Shown here: positions 14,113 through 26,399 of the stretch, one piece after another
Position numbering within the stretch: the stretch's first letter is position 1
Layout: each line of letters starts with the position of its first letter
Source: Setoptus koraiensis
Taxonomy: Eukaryota > Animalia > Arthropoda
Direction of reading: 5' to 3'
NCBI GenBank assembly: GCA_048013815.1
Contig: CM106585.1
Location: forward strand, 3,100,001-3,164,000
Length of the DNA: 64,000 nucleotides
Notes under the pieces: model-generated
Databases searched by the model: none
Seen by the model: the letters and a program-made list of their open reading frames with translations, nothing else
What the model was told of the DNA's origin: nothing
Made by a program: the position numbers and the translations under genes

Positions 14113-14793
14113 CGTTTGTGCCATTATGACGGAAGATACTATTGTTTCAAGTGCCATACAGGAGACGAAATGAGTCCAATACCAGCCAGAATAATCAGGA
14201 ATTGGGACTTTACACCCAAAGCTGTGTGTCGGACATCGTGGCACAAGATTTGTTTTATCAGAAACAAGCCAATATTGTTCAATTTATTCGAAATGAACTC
14301 AATGCTCTACGGATTTATTGATAGATTGATTGATATCAAACAAGTAAGAGAGAGTCTTAAGTCAATGCTCAATTATCTGAAATTCTGTGGCCAACCCCAG
14401 AGGCCTAAACTATCCTCAGTGCCAGCTCATTTCCTAAATGATGATCTTATCAAATATTACAGTTTGAACGACCTATTAAATATTCAACAAGTCTACGAGT
14501 CATTATGCTCGCTACAAGCAACATTGGAGCAGCACATTGTGAAATCCTGTGAATCTTGTAGAGGCAAAGGATTCTTTTGTGAAATGTGTAAAGACGAAGA
14601 GGATATACTATTCCCTTTTTCGCAAAATGCCTTAAGTTGTAATAAATGCAGCGCGGTTTATCATAAGAATTGTTATAACAGGAAGAAGAAGAATTGTCCT
14701 AAATGTATCAGACTGAAGAGAAAGGAAGAACAGTCAGAAATGCCTCCAGCTACCAGCTCGAAATCTTACGATTGTGCTGCTTCAAAAGAATAG
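14113..14793 (+). CDS. DEF8: DEF8-like protein, Rubicon-homology zinc-binding domain (5' part missing, at or beyond the gap)
   Basis: LCHYDGRYYCFKCH..IPARIIRNWDF..CESCRGKGFFCEMC..ILFPF..CNKCSAVYHKNC..CPKCIRL; PLEKHM1/Rubicon paralogues not formally excluded. Confidence 0.85.
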   Translation, partial: RLCHYDGRYYCFKCHTGDEMSPIPARIIRNWDFTPKAVCRTSWHKICFIRNKPILFNLFEMNSMLYGFIDRLIDIKQVRESLKSMLNYLKFCGQPQRPKLSSVPAHFLNDDLIKYYSLNDLLNIQQVYESLCSLQATLEQHIVKSCESCRGKGFFCEMCKDEEDILFPFSQNALSCNKCSAVYHKNCYNRKKKNCPKCIRLKRKEEQSEMPPATSSKSYDCAASKE

Positions 14794-15729
14794 ATATTAG
14801 ATTACTCATTCTGTCTATCGAATAAACTAAGAAATTCTTCAATATAAAACTCATCAATGAGCATTTCAAGCTCCTGCTTTCCTCGTTTGGAATCCTTGTT
14901 TACGTTTTTGTGACATCTTGTGGTATGAGTTGTGAGAATCAATTTCACTTTGTCATGATTCTTGTTGTTGCTACATCTCTAGACAGGTGTTATCAAGTCT
15001 GTTCTTACTTATTCAACATAGTACGCACGCAATACCTGCAATTACTATTACGTGCATTTGTTTATACATTGATTATTTGTTATTTTGTTGCCGCAAACCA
15101 GTTTCAACAGTGGATTATGTAATATATAAAGTGCTCAATTACTTGGAGACGTAGGCAAATAAAGAATGGAGGATAGTTGTTCATCAGAGTAAATAAGACA
15201 AACAGACAAAGTTTGAGTGTTGATAACTAGTTTGACATATATGTTACTCTTCGTGTTTCTTTCAATAGCTCAGATTGATAGTAGATGGAGAATTTGTCTT
15301 AAAAAACGATTAGCACAGTTTTGGATTTTGTGTGAACGATTATTTATCATGTTGCTGACAATTCCAAGAGTATCAACAATAACTACTGCAAGTGAACATA
15401 CAATCAGATCAGTTGATTTATAAGTTTTTAACTGATCCTGCGCATACCACTTATGACAGTACCAAGATAGTTCTGTTAGATTTAAACTTGTTCGAAGAAT
15501 TAACTTGTATAGCAGTTCATCGAAGTTTTTAACATTTCACATACCGGAGGATCGAATCGTGAAAAATCGGGTAGTGAAGATGATCTTTACCCTAATATTA
15601 CAAATAGTACAAATGACAAAATAAATGACAAAATAAACTATGCCGACAATAAGAAAGTAGCCCAGCCGAAAATACATTTCTTGGTGATAATTGCAAAAAT
15701 AATAAGCAAAAACTAGAGAAAAAAGAATC

Positions 15730-15945
15730 ATGAAACATATTATTTTGATCAATTTGCTACTGCTAGTGCTGGTGCCTACTATCTTCTTGGTATCTACGAT
15801 TTCTGGTAAGCCTTACAAAGGAGTTGGTACATCCCTTAGTCCAGAGCGAATTGCTGCCAAATTAAGTAAAGAATGGAACAAAGTTGTTGCCACCCAAACA
15901 ATTGGAACTTATCCTGTCAATGGTAGATTTCCAATAGCTGGTTAG
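15730..15945 (+). CDS. Putative small secreted peptide (71 aa)
   Basis: ATG start, signal-like MKHIILINLLLLVLVPTIFLVSTISG, basic mature part ending in Gly. No recognised homology. Confidence 0.45.
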   Translation: MKHIILINLLLLVLVPTIFLVSTISGKPYKGVGTSLSPERIAAKLSKEWNKVVATQTIGTYPVNGRFPIAG

Positions 15946-18059
15946 CTAGCCAGAAAGCAAAACAAAATCAATTTATCATAAAAGTCGATTACAATATTAA
16001 GATAAATCACTTTGGGGGTGCAACAGTAATGCATATGAGAGGCTACTAGTGAATTGGATAATTATCGCTCAAAAGAAGCATTATGGAGGTACTATTGTCC
16101 TCTGAAAGGTTTCGAAAAATAAAACGAAATCAAATTGGAAATATGGTTGGGAGTAATTTCCTGTAGAAATATTGCCGTGAAAAAACGTTTGAGTTGGTTT
16201 ATGGTCAGAAGTTCATGTTGATGTTCAGAATACTGGCTGGGTTGAGGCGAATATGATCGAGCATCGATGTGAGTGGGACACGGTGGAAGAGGATACGTTT
16301 TGTCAGAAGCGGGCCAAAATTGTTCAATTTGTTCTAAATGAATGAGTCGAAAAGAAATAAATTCAATGATATAGTGATTGATTTCAATCAAGTTGAAGAA
16401 AGTCTTTCGAGTGAGTCGGTGATTGTTCTGATGGATCATGTTAGAAAGCGGGGCTTACCGCCATGTGTTGATTGTCAAGTGGGCTGTCTAGTCAAATTTC
16501 TGCGACAATACAAGTGCGATGGATTGGAAGATTTTTCAGGCAAAGCCATTGATTAAAGATGGCGGACTTTCCGTATTGCACGTTGTTTGTTTCAGATGTC
16601 GCTGCGATCGTTGGTCAGTTGGTTCTTCTTGTTCGTTACATCGGTTGTTCGTGTATCGGTACTGAACCAAGTTGCTGGAGAGCATGCGCATTGGCTATAA
16701 GTGGACGCGATTAGATTTGTTGGAACGATTCGACGAGCTCCATTCGAAGTGTGTGAGTCATTCGAATCAGTTCAGTCCGAAGCGATCCAATTCAATTCAA
16801 CACAATTCAACACAATTCGAATCGATTCGATCTGTTTGTCGTCAGAAATAAAAACTGCTTGAAATTGCAACAAGTGAACCAGCGTGCCAAGATCAGCCAA
16901 CTCACAATCACGTAAGAATCGTCGTAAAGAACAAGTAGCGCCATCAGTGAACATATTTTAAGATCGCATCAAGATGAAGCGTTGATAGCCAGACGACAGG
17001 TGAATACTGTGAAGTTCTCATTGCGTCTGTAGCCATGGCAATGGTCGGCTCAAAATCAGACTATCTCCCATCAGTGGCATCGGACCAACAATTGCAGCAA
17101 ACATCAACCAACACAACAACAGGTAAGTCCAAACATTAATTATTATAACTCATGGATTGGCAATAGGGCACCTATGTGCCGCTTATCTAGTGCACCTCTC
17201 ATTCAGTAGTTCGCTTATAAATCAAATTTTCTGATGATTGAGGACTAAATAATCAAAGTGAGAGAGATGAGATTATCAAAGATGATGAAATCAAAATCTA
17301 AACGAGTCGACTGTTCGAATGAGTGTAGAAACCGAAACGGAAGTGCCACCCACTGGTTAACCGTGCTGATTTTGGCTTCGGTTCAATTAACCAATCCGGT
17401 TGACCATCGACATCTCTTGTTCGGAGGTCCTGGAACTAAAGACGAAGGTTGAACGATAAATAGCTCGAATTATCGATTCGAGCAGCGGGTCACTCAATTG
17501 GACTAGAGTTCTTGAAGGGCGCAACTATCTAAATATCCGACAGTGAATCTATTTGTCTCATTTGTCTCAAATGAGCTACCCGACATTCGCATGTCAGCCA
17601 ACCATCTAGCTTCAGTTGATACGCCGAGATACTTCGGTCGGCTTTGTAATCATATTCATGCGATTGTTCTCTACTTAAGATGAGTTTCCCCTGTAAACTA
17701 TCTCGAAAAAGGCAATGATGCCTGTTTGCTGGCTGGAGGCTGTTTGGTTGGCTGATGCTGACATGCATGCAGCATGCTGTAGTCCACAATATTTGATTGT
17801 CCATGACGAGATTTGCCAATTGCGCGATCAGTTTACGAGGATTAGACTGTTGGCACCAGTTTTCAACGATATACACGATACACTGTAGTTCTAGCGCGTG
17901 CTGTAGCGATCTTACTGATCACTTCGTGATCAGTCTTGATACACGGCTACACTAATTAAAAATGGTGTCAATAAGTAGTCTGATACTGTATCAAAAATTG
18001 ATTTCACATTCACTTTTGGCTACCAGCTGTTCGTTACCCAGTTTATCTTGACCCAAAAC

Positions 18060-18420
18060 CATCTGGAAAATCGGTCTGGAATTGCGAAAACTTCCGGTTC
18101 CGTTTTTACGTGAACTTGTATCAAGAGAGCTGACAACCTTCTGTGAGACTTACCAGACTGTCGTTTCAAACAACACGATGAAGTAATTTTCAGTTCTGCA
18201 CAACTTCCGGTTTCCCAGTTATAATGATATTTCAGGAGTTGGGAGACCGGAAGTTAGAAAATTCAGCCTGCGATTGTTCTGAGTGCTCGGCATGCAGCCT
18301 CGTATCTTGGAGGCCGTCATATCTCCGTCGTCGCTTCCGCGACAACTGCACGCGACGGGAACCCTTCGGGTAGAGTTGATGAGCGCTCCGGGTTCCAGGC
18401 CTCGCCCTCAGCCATCCGCA
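18060..18420. mobile_element. Merlin MITE internal fragment
   Basis: AAACTTCCGGTTCCG and GGAGGCCGTCATATCTCCGTCGTCG core; no clear TIR. Confidence 0.65.
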
Positions 18421-19016
18421 CTGACGATGTTTTTGAGTCCCTGTGTTAAAGTATCTAAACGTTACACATGAAACTCGTAAAATCGAGCGCTGTTCAAGCA
18501 ATAACAAAATGACGATGTGAGTCGTATTCGACCTAGAAAAACTCTGCCCCATTGAAAAATGTGACAGCGCTTTTATTGACTGTTTACTGTCTAGACCAAG
18601 TGCTAGACAGTATAATCTACACTTTTAAATTGATAATTTTGTGAGTGCAACCGTGTATCTCGACTGATCACCTCGTGATCAATCCCGGTACACAAAGCAC
18701 TAAGAACGGATCGTTACAGCTTTCTCATTCGAGTCTAGCTTGATTTTCTCACAATTTCAGATACAGCGATAGAATCCTAGTTTTGATGCTCGAAGCAAGT
18801 TCCATGGAAATGCGATAGATTCTCGTGCAGTAGCGATCAATGAGCGAATTACCTCAGCCGATTCAAATCCTAGACTCATCTAATGTCGCATCTTCAGAAA
18901 TTTTCAAATACTTGACAATAATATTGTGCTAACCGAATTTCTTTCCGTTTCCTTCCGTTTTGTTTTCTCTGGATTCCTGAATAGTATTCACTAATAATAG
19001 CGACTTCCGGCAGATC

Positions 19017-19523
19017 ATGTCGACCATGGCGGCAGCACCCAGAGGAGCCACATCAAAAAATCCAGAATTTTCTAGGCAGGAGAATCCAAATGATGTGATC
19101 GAGAGGCTGCTTCAGCAAGGTAATGTACGATCATTGGTCGACGTTCAACATAGAAATAGTCAACTCGCCACAGTTGAAAAATCTTATCTCTCCGGCGGTA
19201 GTGATCATCGGCACTATGATCTGGATATTGCAAATTATTTGCCCAGAATACCCACATGTACGCGAAGGCGAATTAAACAGCATTACGAGGATGGTTTGGG
19301 CTGTAGATCGACACGGCAAATTAGGCTCAGTGAGTGTTCCGGGTCGTGTGGGAGCCAGTGTTGTCATGCAACAAAATTCAAACAGAAGCGCATAAGAATG
19401 CGTTGCCCTGATGATTCATACTATGTAAAAACAATTGACGTGATCAGAAAATGCTCCTATCATGCACCCCCCTTTAATTCGACCAGTCAATTCATTGGAG
19501 GCCCTACTGTAACCAGCAAATAG
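19017..19523 (+). CDS. slit: Slit-type C-terminal cystine-knot (CT) domain ORF; probably a terminal exon or gene fragment
   Basis: CTRRRIKQHYEDGLGCRSTRQIRLSECSGSCGSQCCHATKFKQKRIRMRCPDDSYYVKTIDVIRKC follows the arthropod Slit CT Cys pattern; frame open from 18981, pyrimidine tract and AG at 18983-18984. No LRR/EGF/LamG exons recognised upstream. Confidence 0.65.
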   Translation: MSTMAAAPRGATSKNPEFSRQENPNDVIERLLQQGNVRSLVDVQHRNSQLATVEKSYLSGGSDHRHYDLDIANYLPRIPTCTRRRIKQHYEDGLGCRSTRQIRLSECSGSCGSQCCHATKFKQKRIRMRCPDDSYYVKTIDVIRKCSYHAPPFNSTSQFIGGPTVTSK

Positions 19524-20245
19524 TAATAAATATATAAGTCATCATTGGATCTGAAAAGACTCGTTAGTAATATATTCACAGCATGATTCTTATGATTCAT
19601 CATCCGATGTGGACAGCAAGTCATGAAGTCAAAGAGTATGCAAAGGATCCTGAAGTATTTGCCATTGTGCCCTCTTTGACAGGTTTCTCACCTCGAATTG
19701 TCTACGCCCCTCATTCTCTTCTTTACAGCCTCTTGCTTTCAATAGTGACAATTTAGTTCTTAGAGCTCTGCATTTTTTGGAAACAGTGATCCGTGAAGAG
19801 GAGAGCTTGATCTGCATCGTCTCAATCCTCTGCTTGTTCATAGATCATGTGTGCCACCAGGAATCGATAATTTTCCTAATCGTTCGAATTCCAGTTTAAC
19901 GTCTTTCTAACCGTGGCGATCTTTGGCATTTTTTGATAACAATCTTCCCGTTACGACACGTCCGTGTATTTTTCTCTCATTTTCATTCATTCAATTTTCG
20001 CTCTCAGCTCGATCAGTTGAGAACAGATAGTCTGTAGCCAGCCCCTTCTGACACTACCACCTAACTAGGTTACCTTGTTGGACAGTTACCTGTTGATGTC
20101 CATATGAACATGGACAGTCACGCGTTAGTATCCATGTCAGTATGGATGTTCACATCTTTCGTGTGCATTATGCCTACAGTGCCTTCATCAGTGCTCTCAA
20201 TCAGTTGGTCTGATGCGCAGCAATGACACGCTCTAATTGATTTAA

Positions 20246-20618
20246 AGCGCTTAATTTTAATCAAGAAGCTATTGATGTGGGTCGGATGGATACGTCTATT
20301 CACGTAGGTGGAACAAATCTGGAAAAATAGCATGGTCAAGGCTTCACTATGAGGAACAAACTAGATTAATTTCGAACAATCAAAGCCTATGAAGTTGATC
20401 AGTTAAATTTAGGGAGAAACACTAACTAGACGCGATTAGCACGCTCAATGCTGAGATGCTAGCTAGATGAGTTAAGCACAGCAGAAGGCTACTGCTTAAT
20501 CAAGATCAATGACAATTCGAACTTCGAACTTAAAATTTCGATTTTCTGAAATGAGTTTCAGTTGCTTCGTCGAAGTTCGATGGTCAGAGTTCGATGGTCA
20601 CAAGTCGAACTTCAAAAC
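20246..20618 (+). mobile_element. HINE/Helentron-type 5' fragment
   Basis: AGCGCTTAATTTTAATCAAG at 20246 plus family body and start of TTCGA repeats. Confidence 0.7.
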
Positions 20619-21990
20619 TTACAGTGAGAACATTTTCAGAAATTCTTGTGATACTGCTTCGCCATCGACGACTGACACCGAGTTATAAGGATCTTTGAAA
20701 GATTCGCCTACTATAGCCGTCCTATGAAGTACTTGGTGTCGATGCAATACCAGAGTTATTTCATTCGAGTTCGAACCAGGTGCTAGTCTAGCAGCTTGAT
20801 AATAAAGTCGAGGTACCGGTTGGGACGAAGTCCCTGGACTGGGCTCGGTAGAGTTTCTTTGGGAGTCCAATTCGAGTGTCAACCTCATCCTCTTATCTCT
20901 GTAGTTGCGGATGTTCTTGTTCAATACGATTGATACTGAACTATACGGGTCCTTGAAAGCTTCGCCTACTTTCGCCAATCTATGGAGCACTTGATGTCGG
21001 TGTACGAGCGTTATTTCGTTAGCGTTTGACCCAGGTATAAGTCTAGCCGCTTGGTAATATAGTCTAGCTACCGTGTCCCCTGGCTCGGCGTGACCAGCGA
21101 CCTTATTAGGCGTCCCTCTTAGTATTCTCCCATCACGGAAGAATTCAATTTTTCGATACGGTCTTTCGTATTTATCCTGGCTGGGTGGGTCACTCACGAG
21201 TATCACTTTATCTCTTTCCGGAACGTCCACCCTGGCTTCGGCAGCGACGTTTGCCGTCCTCTGAAGAATATCTGATGGCCAGTCGGCACAGTCTTGTGAA
21301 TGCGTTGGCCAGGACTCTAAAGGTATCCCTTCATTACAGAAATAACAACGGGTCTTGAGGTTGCGATGATACTTTCTTTCGCGTCTTGTGATGGGGATAA
21401 TTCTTAGAGGCTCTACCCCTGTATTATGTCCGCAAGGGCAATTCAGGTGTTCGTCTCTAGAATGACACGATTCGCATATAATTGTTTGACACTTGTCATG
21501 CATTGTGGGTTCTAGAGGGACTTCATGGCTTGTTTAGTACGACTGATACTGAACTATACGGGTCTTTGAAAGCTTCGCCTACTTTGGCCGTTCTATGGAG
21601 CACTTGATGTCGATGTAGTACTAGCGTTATCTCGTTCGAGTTTGACCCAGGTACAAGTCTAGCCGCTTGATAATATAGTCTAGCCACAGAATCCCCCGGC
21701 TCGGCATGGCCAGCTACTTTATTAGATGCCCCTCTCAGTATCTTTCCGTCGCGGAAGGATTCGATTTTCCTGTAGGGTCTCTCATATTTATCTTGACTTG
21801 GCGGGTCGCTTACGAGGGTCACCTTATCCCTTTCCAGGACATCTACCCTGGGTTCTGACGCGACGTTCGCCGGTCTCTGTAGTATGTCGGATGGCCAATC
21901 AACGCAATCTTGCGAGTGTGTTGGCCAGGATTCCAAGGTTATACCCTCATTGCAAAAATAACATCGGTTTACTTAGAATTCGAGATTGAG
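20619..21990 (-). pseudogene. Internally duplicated ORFs with RING-like, C2HC zinc finger and ubiquitin-like repeats
   Basis: ORFs 21523-21936 and 20619-21503 are diverged paralogous units; motifs MHDKCQTIICESC..CPCGH, RCYFCNEGIPLESWPTHSQDC, AEPGDTV and RLYYQAARL.PGS..EITLV (3 copies). Frameshifts present. Confidence 0.5.
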
Positions 21991-22242
21991 CCTTGGAACG
22001 CAGTATGCAGTTAGTGATGGGGACTTGACTGGGACTGGCACCATGAAGTTGCAAGTCCCAGTCCGAAGACTGAGTCTGGACTTGGCGCAGTTAAGTCCAG
22101 ACTGCAGGTATGACTGCGCCAGTCCAAGTCCGTACTCGCAGTCGGACTTGGCGCAGTCCAGTCCGGACTATGGAGGTGACGCATAGTCTTAACATACGCC
22201 CCACCTTAATTTTCAAACGTCCTCGTTTGAACTTCTCACTAC

Positions 22243-22900
22243 AATGGTTGAGGTCCGCAGCCTCGAATTGATAGGGTTTCGTTTCGTACACATCGCATGT
22301 ACTTGAATATATAATATGAAGTGTGGTTATGTTTTACCTTTTTGTTATTTCTTCGCGTTACGGGTCTTATGTTACATTTTTTAATTAACCTGGTTTTGAT
22401 AGGGTACAGACATGATCTTTGACGTTTTATTTGACGAAAAGTAGTTTCTTTAGTTGTACATTTTGTGTTTTATTATAAATTTTTCTTTTTTAAAAAATAT
22501 GGTCAAGCGAGAGGAGGGATGTGGAGGACCGGAAGGGACTGCCGAACCCAATTATACAAGGTGAGTGAGAGAAGAGTGTCCATTTTATTTTGTACGGAAG
22601 ATTTGCAGTGTGGTTTTGGCTTGTCTTCTTGGTGTTTCTTTGCGTTACTGGTCTTAGGTTACATTTTTTAATTAACTTGTTTTTGAGAGGGTACTGCAGA
22701 CATGATCTTATACTAGTGAATTTTTATTCGACATTTTATTTGATTTTATTTTTGGTTGGTAGTTTCTTAGTAGCAGCCTCAAATTGATAGGGTTTCGTTT
22801 CGTACATATCACATGTACTTGAATATAATAGTTTCTGTTACATGTAGATCTCCATATCATCCGCAGTGTTATACGTCTACATTGGTTGAGGTCCGCAGCC
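22243..22900. repeat. Diverged non-coding direct duplication with shuffled blocks
   Basis: ATGGTTGAGGTCCGCAGCCTC, AATTGATAGGGTTTCGTTTCGTACA and GCGTTAC.GGTCTTA.GTTACATTTTT each occur twice. Confidence 0.6.
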
Positions 22901-23813
22901 TCAAAAATTATATAAATGTACCTATATCGATTGTGGTCGAAGGTATTTTCGACAGATTTCTTTGATTCGCTCACTCATATTGTACCGGCATTAGGTAGGT
23001 CTTTATGGGTTCATTTGAAAGGGTTTCTTCTTTGTTTCTTTTCGATATTTCAATTTGATATTACTTCACATTGAATATGCTATCATTAAGCATTTTCTAC
23101 ATACTATTGTCCTTCCGCAACCTTCATGTTTAAGCGGAAATAGGGATACTAGCCTGCAGATTATGCATATGAAACTTTGCGCCACGAACTGATCCATAAA
23201 TCTTTCCCTGTCCATGTTTGGTGAAATGTTGGTGTTTTGGATGATTAATATCTTGAGGTCCGTAGGTTGATTGATTGCTTAACCAGTTGGTTTGATTTGA
23301 TTTAGTTTAGTTTGGTTTGCTGGATGATTGATTAGTTGGTTGGTTGGTTCTCGACTACTTCTTGTTATCACGTTGATATTGATGAGCGCAAGAGTGGTGT
23401 TGTCGGATTGTTTCACTTTTACTTTATGACTGAAAAGATCGATTGATTCAATCTTTTAAAACTCTCGACTTGAAGACTGAGAAACCTGATATGGTCTCAC
23501 TCTTCATTCACGTCAGGCAGGTAAGTTAGTTAGTTACTAATTAAGTCGGCACTTTTCACTCACCTTAATTAGGATCATGTCTAATTGATCGGGTGATTGT
23601 TGTTGTCTGCGTGACACTATGTTTTAATTAACAAGTCGACTCTTGTACATCTGGTTTTGTATGCAAGCTAAATTATTCAACGATGAACTTTGCCCATAGT
23701 TTCATCGTGTGTCCCAGATTTATGTTATTATTTTTGTCTTTATCCCCCATTTTATATTTTTTCTTCTATTTTATAACTTTTTGTATGATTTCTTGGTTCT
23801 GGTATTTCATTGG

Positions 23814-26300
23814 TTATAAGAAGAGAGTCTGTCCTCTCTCGAGAATCAGGGTTCCTTCTAGATATGGACGTAATTGTTCCAACATGACATAGGTCTTGTC
23901 CTGGTAATTATTTCTATCTACTACTTTTATGGGTCTGCTTTCATCGTAATTTCTTTTAATCGACCAACGCTCGTGATAGTCGTGCAGTTTTGCGAGATAG
24001 TCGGTAGTAAGCTTGTTCTCTCCCCCTTGTTTGATCCATTCGATCAATTTCTTCGGTTCGCTACGTATATAGATGATGAGTTCTTGCTCTTCAACCTCTT
24101 TCATCAAATTCTCACATAATAAATGCATTACGTCGTATTCTAACATCGTTAGCTTGCCAGTTTCTTTTAGGAGTTCAACAAAACAAGATGGAGCTGTACT
24201 TTCTATATTCTGCATTGTACGATGTCCCAAATCAGATTGCTCTAATTTGTTTCGTAATTTGAAGCAAAGGTATCGGATTATCCTGACCAGGATCAGCACA
24301 ATGAATGCGGTAATGACGCCCGCAAAGATCGTTCTTCTTATACTAAATTTTTCTGAGAAATCAATTTTACTATACTTTTCTTGTATCTCCTTGAGTTTTT
24401 CGGTCGCATTGTGAAGTTCATTTCCCGTTTTATTCAACGCCAGGGTTAAATTAGCATGGGTATCTTTGGCTAGTTGCATTGCCATGGATGCTCATGGGCT
24501 AACTCATCTATGGGATGGGTATCATTAGTGTTTACGTAGAAATCTTCCTATGGTCTCACAGAGCGATTTAAGGTCTCTTCAGTTTTCTTAAACTCAATTA
24601 AGACGTCGTCAATCTATAGTGTTCCATCGATATCAAACACCAAAATTTCATCCTTCGCACAAGGAACCTTTCTGAGACCATTCTTGGTATACATGGACGG
24701 ATAACAGTAAACTATGACTTTGTTTCCGCTCTTCTCTATTTCATGCGTTCGGTAGTCGGATCTGACTGGTATGCATTTCTGGGTAAACATATAGTCTCGG
24801 GGATTATAGAAATCCTTGTTGAGACAGTGTTCTGCTTTAACAGGTACTGTAAGCGTTTCGGATTCGTCATCCTGATGTAGTTCTCGAAAACATTTACTTC
24901 CGTCTTCGAAAAAAACGTATTTAGGACCCAAATATTCTTCGAAACATAGTTGCGTTTGGTTTGTTCCAGGAAAGAGTGACTATATACCTCTCTTGAATGG
25001 TTCAGCTTTAAGGATCGTCTTGGACGCATCAACTAAGTCTTGAGTGAATTTAACTTCTAGGATCAGAGCTTCTGGATCGAATCTGCAATGAGGTTCTCGT
25101 GCCAAATCGGTAGGGCAATCGTCATTGCAGGGTCTGGAGTAATTCCAGAGCTCAAAGAAGTCTTTGCCTACTACATTCTCTTTCTCCCAAGTAATTCTCA
25201 TGAGATTATGAGTTCGGGCCATATTTGTCCAGTAAGTGGAAAAGCTGAGATCATGGCTATGTTTCTAGGGTCAATTTGTAAATCTATGTCCTTTACTATG
25301 CTTATTAATTTGTCTAGAGCTTGATTGGTTCCTCGCTGACCGGCTAAAAGATTTGCACTAGCTATAACGAGTTCATCTTCGTGTAGGATGATCTTAGGCA
25401 TGATCTCCTCTAGACCTTCGATTCTAGCGTTTAGCGCCTCTATTTTCTTGGCATCAGTGTCTGAAGCCCATAAGGCTATCCCTAAACCAGTAAATGCGGT
25501 TACTGTAGCAATTGTGAGCGTGATTGGTTCTCTTTCCTCCCGGGATTTATATTCTTCGCACCGGTATGTGTCAGTGTCAGATTCTTGTAGCTGACAAGTG
25601 GGAATTATCGTTCAGTTTTGATAGACTGCTGAAGAAGAGGTGAGATTAGCTGGTATCCACGATTTTTCCTCAACGTTATCTTTAACACTATGGGTCCAAC
25701 CCAACCCATCTTTTAGGCATGCAAAAGTAGCTCTAGAATCTGCCTCATTAGTCATATAACTGATGTCTATAGCCCCTTTTCCGTCACAACAGAATCCACA
25801 ATATAATGAGGAAACTGGGTGTTTATTTTTCTTCTTCTTCTTCGTTGGCGCTTGTTCGGCTGGGTAATCCTTCCTTTTCTTATTTTTAGAATCAACGGAT
25901 CCTATTTTCTCTGGTTCGACAATTTCTTTTGCACGAGGCACAGGATAGGACCGGGGGAAGGTATTTCGCGAAGGTTCGCGTACTTGTACGGGGAAGTTCT
26001 TTTGTGAGTTCAGCGGGTCTGCAGATTTGTTTTAAACTCTCAACTGTTTTGGCTTTGAGATTCGCATTACACCACTGCAGAAATTTAGAGTTCGTCGCAA
26101 TTTGATTGTACCCCGGACTACCTCTTAAGATATTGTTCTGTTCGTCGCAGGCGGGTAGCACACGAATATAGAGTGTTACATTCTCGATTCCGGTTAACAC
26201 CCTCTTTTTAGTGGGTCGCCAAATTATCTCGTTGGCTTCTTCGGTAAGAGTCACTGTCTTGAGGGTCAATAATGCTGTGAATAACAGAGGTAACGAGTCA
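23814..26300 (-). pseudogene. env: env-like class I fusion glycoprotein of a Ty3/gypsy element (stops and frameshifts)
   Basis: Signal-like LPLLFTALLTLKTVTL; Cys-rich ectodomain; REER|EPITLTIATVTAFTGLGIALWAS (25470-25542); heptad-rich segment; TM IFAGVITAFIVLILVRII; ~150-aa tail. Directly 3' of integrase. Confidence 0.75.
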
Positions 26301-26399
26301 CTTCTCGATGAAATAGATCTGACAGAATATGGTTCGGACGTGATCTCGTCTTGACTCAGCTGTCGATCGGTTTCACTTTCTTCCGATACTTATTCAACC

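Noticed and set aside
13468-14793. 441-aa ORF from the ORF track
   Set aside because: Artefact of reading through repeat and 500 N; only 14113-14793 is supported.
19629-19841. bZIP-like basic ORF
   Set aside because: Only a loose SKKCR resemblance, no leucine zipper and no consistent upstream frame.
23700-23813. PPT and 3' LTR of the env-bearing gypsy
   Set aside because: A purine tract AAAATGGGGGA exists but is not followed by TG, and no second LTR copy is visible.
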